Assembly: GCA_045635785.1 (NCBI GenBank)
Contig: JAZTWJ010000107.1
Span: 3,497-67,496, forward strand
Length of the DNA stretch: 64,000 nt
Source of the DNA: Candidatus Flemingiibacterium sp.
Lineage (GTDB): Bacteria > Bacillota > Clostridia > Oscillospirales > CAG-272
Direction of reading: 5' to 3'
Shown: in pieces, positions 62,941-64,000 of the stretch
Layout of the letters: each line of letters begins with the position of its first letter
How positions within the stretch are numbered: position 1 is the first letter of the stretch
The notes under the pieces: model-generated
Told to the model about the DNA's origin: nothing
Seen by the model: the letters and a program-made list of their open reading frames with translations, nothing else
Database searches by the model: none
Position numbers and translations under genes: made by a program

Positions 62941-62965
62941 AAAGGGGACGCATTGCGTCCCCTTT
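62941..62965. terminator. bidirectional terminator
   Basis: AAAGGGGACGC-att-GCGTCCCCTTT. Confidence 0.75.
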
Positions 62966-63554
62966 ATTCTGTCCAAAGAATGGTATGATACCGATTATCA
63001 CGAAAAACCTTCAACTCCACAGATCCTGTCGCCGCATGGATCAATCGATCCAATGAAGCGATATCCGAAATTTCAACACTGTTCACAGCGACGATAATAT
63101 CGCCCGATTCCATGCCGGCAAGTCCTGCCGCGGAAGTAGGCTCCACCTCGCTGATCATCACACCGATCGGAATTCGGTAGCGACGGGAAATCTCTGCTGT
63201 CACGTTCTGTATATTGCCGGAGGATACGGTCTCGCCAATCAAGAAAACACTTCCGTTAGAAGAAGCGCTCTCCTGCTCTTGCAAAGTCTCATCCGGCATG
63301 GATCCGCGCGGAAAATACAAAAAGCGGTTTTCATCGATCATTTCATAGATCATCATACCGCCGATCACGCCCGTGACACCGAATGCGATCACAAGACATC
63401 CTGTCGCAAGTGCCCGCGAAGCCTTTGCGAGACGGGAGCCGTTGCGCTCGCGTCTGAATCTCTCATAATCCAAATGTCCGCCGTAGCCGCCGTAAACAGA
63501 CTCCCCGACATTCTTTTTTTCTTCAGTTTTTGCTTCGTTGAATATGCCGAACAT
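62964..63554 (-). CDS. membrane-anchored PDZ-domain protein
   Basis: TM helix, then a PDZ domain (GVMISEVEPTSAAGLAGMESGDIIVAVN). Start moved to ATG 63554. Confidence 0.72.
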   Translation of the reverse strand: MFGIFNEAKTEEKKNVGESVYGGYGGHLDYERFRRERNGSRLAKASRALATGCLVIAFGVTGVIGGMMIYEMIDENRFLYFPRGSMPDETLQEQESASSNGSVFLIGETVSSGNIQNVTAEISRRYRIPIGVMISEVEPTSAAGLAGMESGDIIVAVNSVEISDIASLDRLIHAATGSVELKVFRDNRYHTILWTE

Positions 63555-63861
63555 AAAACCCCCGAAAGTGCCTATTGAACATCTCCGAAAATCATAAACG
63601 AAAAAAGCGATGCATTCTTCTTCCGCGAAAATATTTTCAGAGAACGACTTCTTATGTGATACCATTATATCAGACAAATATGAATATTTTTCGGGCAATT
63701 TATGCACAAAGGTAAATTAAATTTGAAGTTTTACGACAATTCCTGTAAAGATTTTTCACATGGCAATGATCGGCTAAAAAACAAGCACTTTTTTAATCGT
63801 ATTCTCTCGAACGCCCTTTTCCAAAACGGTGTTTATGGATGATGGCATGTGGGATGGGGAT

Positions 63862-64000
63862 TCATTCCCCGATATAAGTAAACCGCTGATAAACCGCGCC
63901 GTCGCGCTCTACGGTTTCATTCCACATGGACGCAGGGCGCACCCAAAGCTCGCCCTCGCCGTACAGCGCACGATAGATCACCATTTCTTCTAAGGTTTCG
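63862..64000 (-). CDS. DUF1653-like protein, C-terminal fragment (runs off the window)
   Basis: Hand translation gives ...ETLEEMVIYRALYGEGELWVRPASMWNETVERDGAVYQRFTYIGE*. Not in the ORF track because it is open-ended. Confidence 0.55.
   Translation of the reverse strand, partial: ETLEEMVIYRALYGEGELWVRPASMWNETVERDGAVYQRFTYIGE

Overview
This 64-kb chromosomal window appears to come from a spore-forming, anaerobic Firmicute (Clostridia-like). The evidence is an alpha/beta-type SASP, a GerA/SpoVAF-family protein, a type III glutamine synthetase, an anaerobic sulfatase maturase and corrinoid enzymes. GC is mid-range by eye. I saw no rRNA, CRISPR array, transposase, integrase or phage genes.

Most of the window is housekeeping, largely on the minus strand:
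- glnN
- DUF1858-trmK-nif3-nudix-HD
- a peptidoglycan block: AsnB-type amidotransferase / ATP-grasp ligase / aspartate racemase / murE
- a fabV-acyltransferase-membrane protein trio
- an aromatic amino-acid operon (DAHP synthase-pheA-aroB-aroE::aroK-aroA)
- pgi
- ptsG-ptsH-ptsI
- tRNA-Thr(GGU) and tRNA-Leu(CAA)

The accessory-looking part is about 36-50 kb. It holds a corrinoid-dependent methyl-transfer island with five URO-D/MtaA-like paralogues, one B12-binding protein, a [2Fe-2S]-ASKHA reductive activase and DUF2284. A cytoplasmic Cys-type sulfatase plus DUF1593 flank one side, and an anion permease plus anSME flank the other. A sixth URO-D paralogue sits next to an M14 peptidase at 58-61 kb.

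At the RNA level one layout recurs upstream of at least seven start codons: an SD-like block, an anti-SD arm, a loop, an SD arm, 11-13 nt, then the start. Three of these leaders share a longer, roughly 100-nt multi-hairpin 5' UTR that shows compensatory changes. Two of the three lie behind near-consensus sigma-A promoters, so they are candidates for an undescribed cis-regulatory RNA.

All functional calls come from motif and family recognition by eye. No database search was run.
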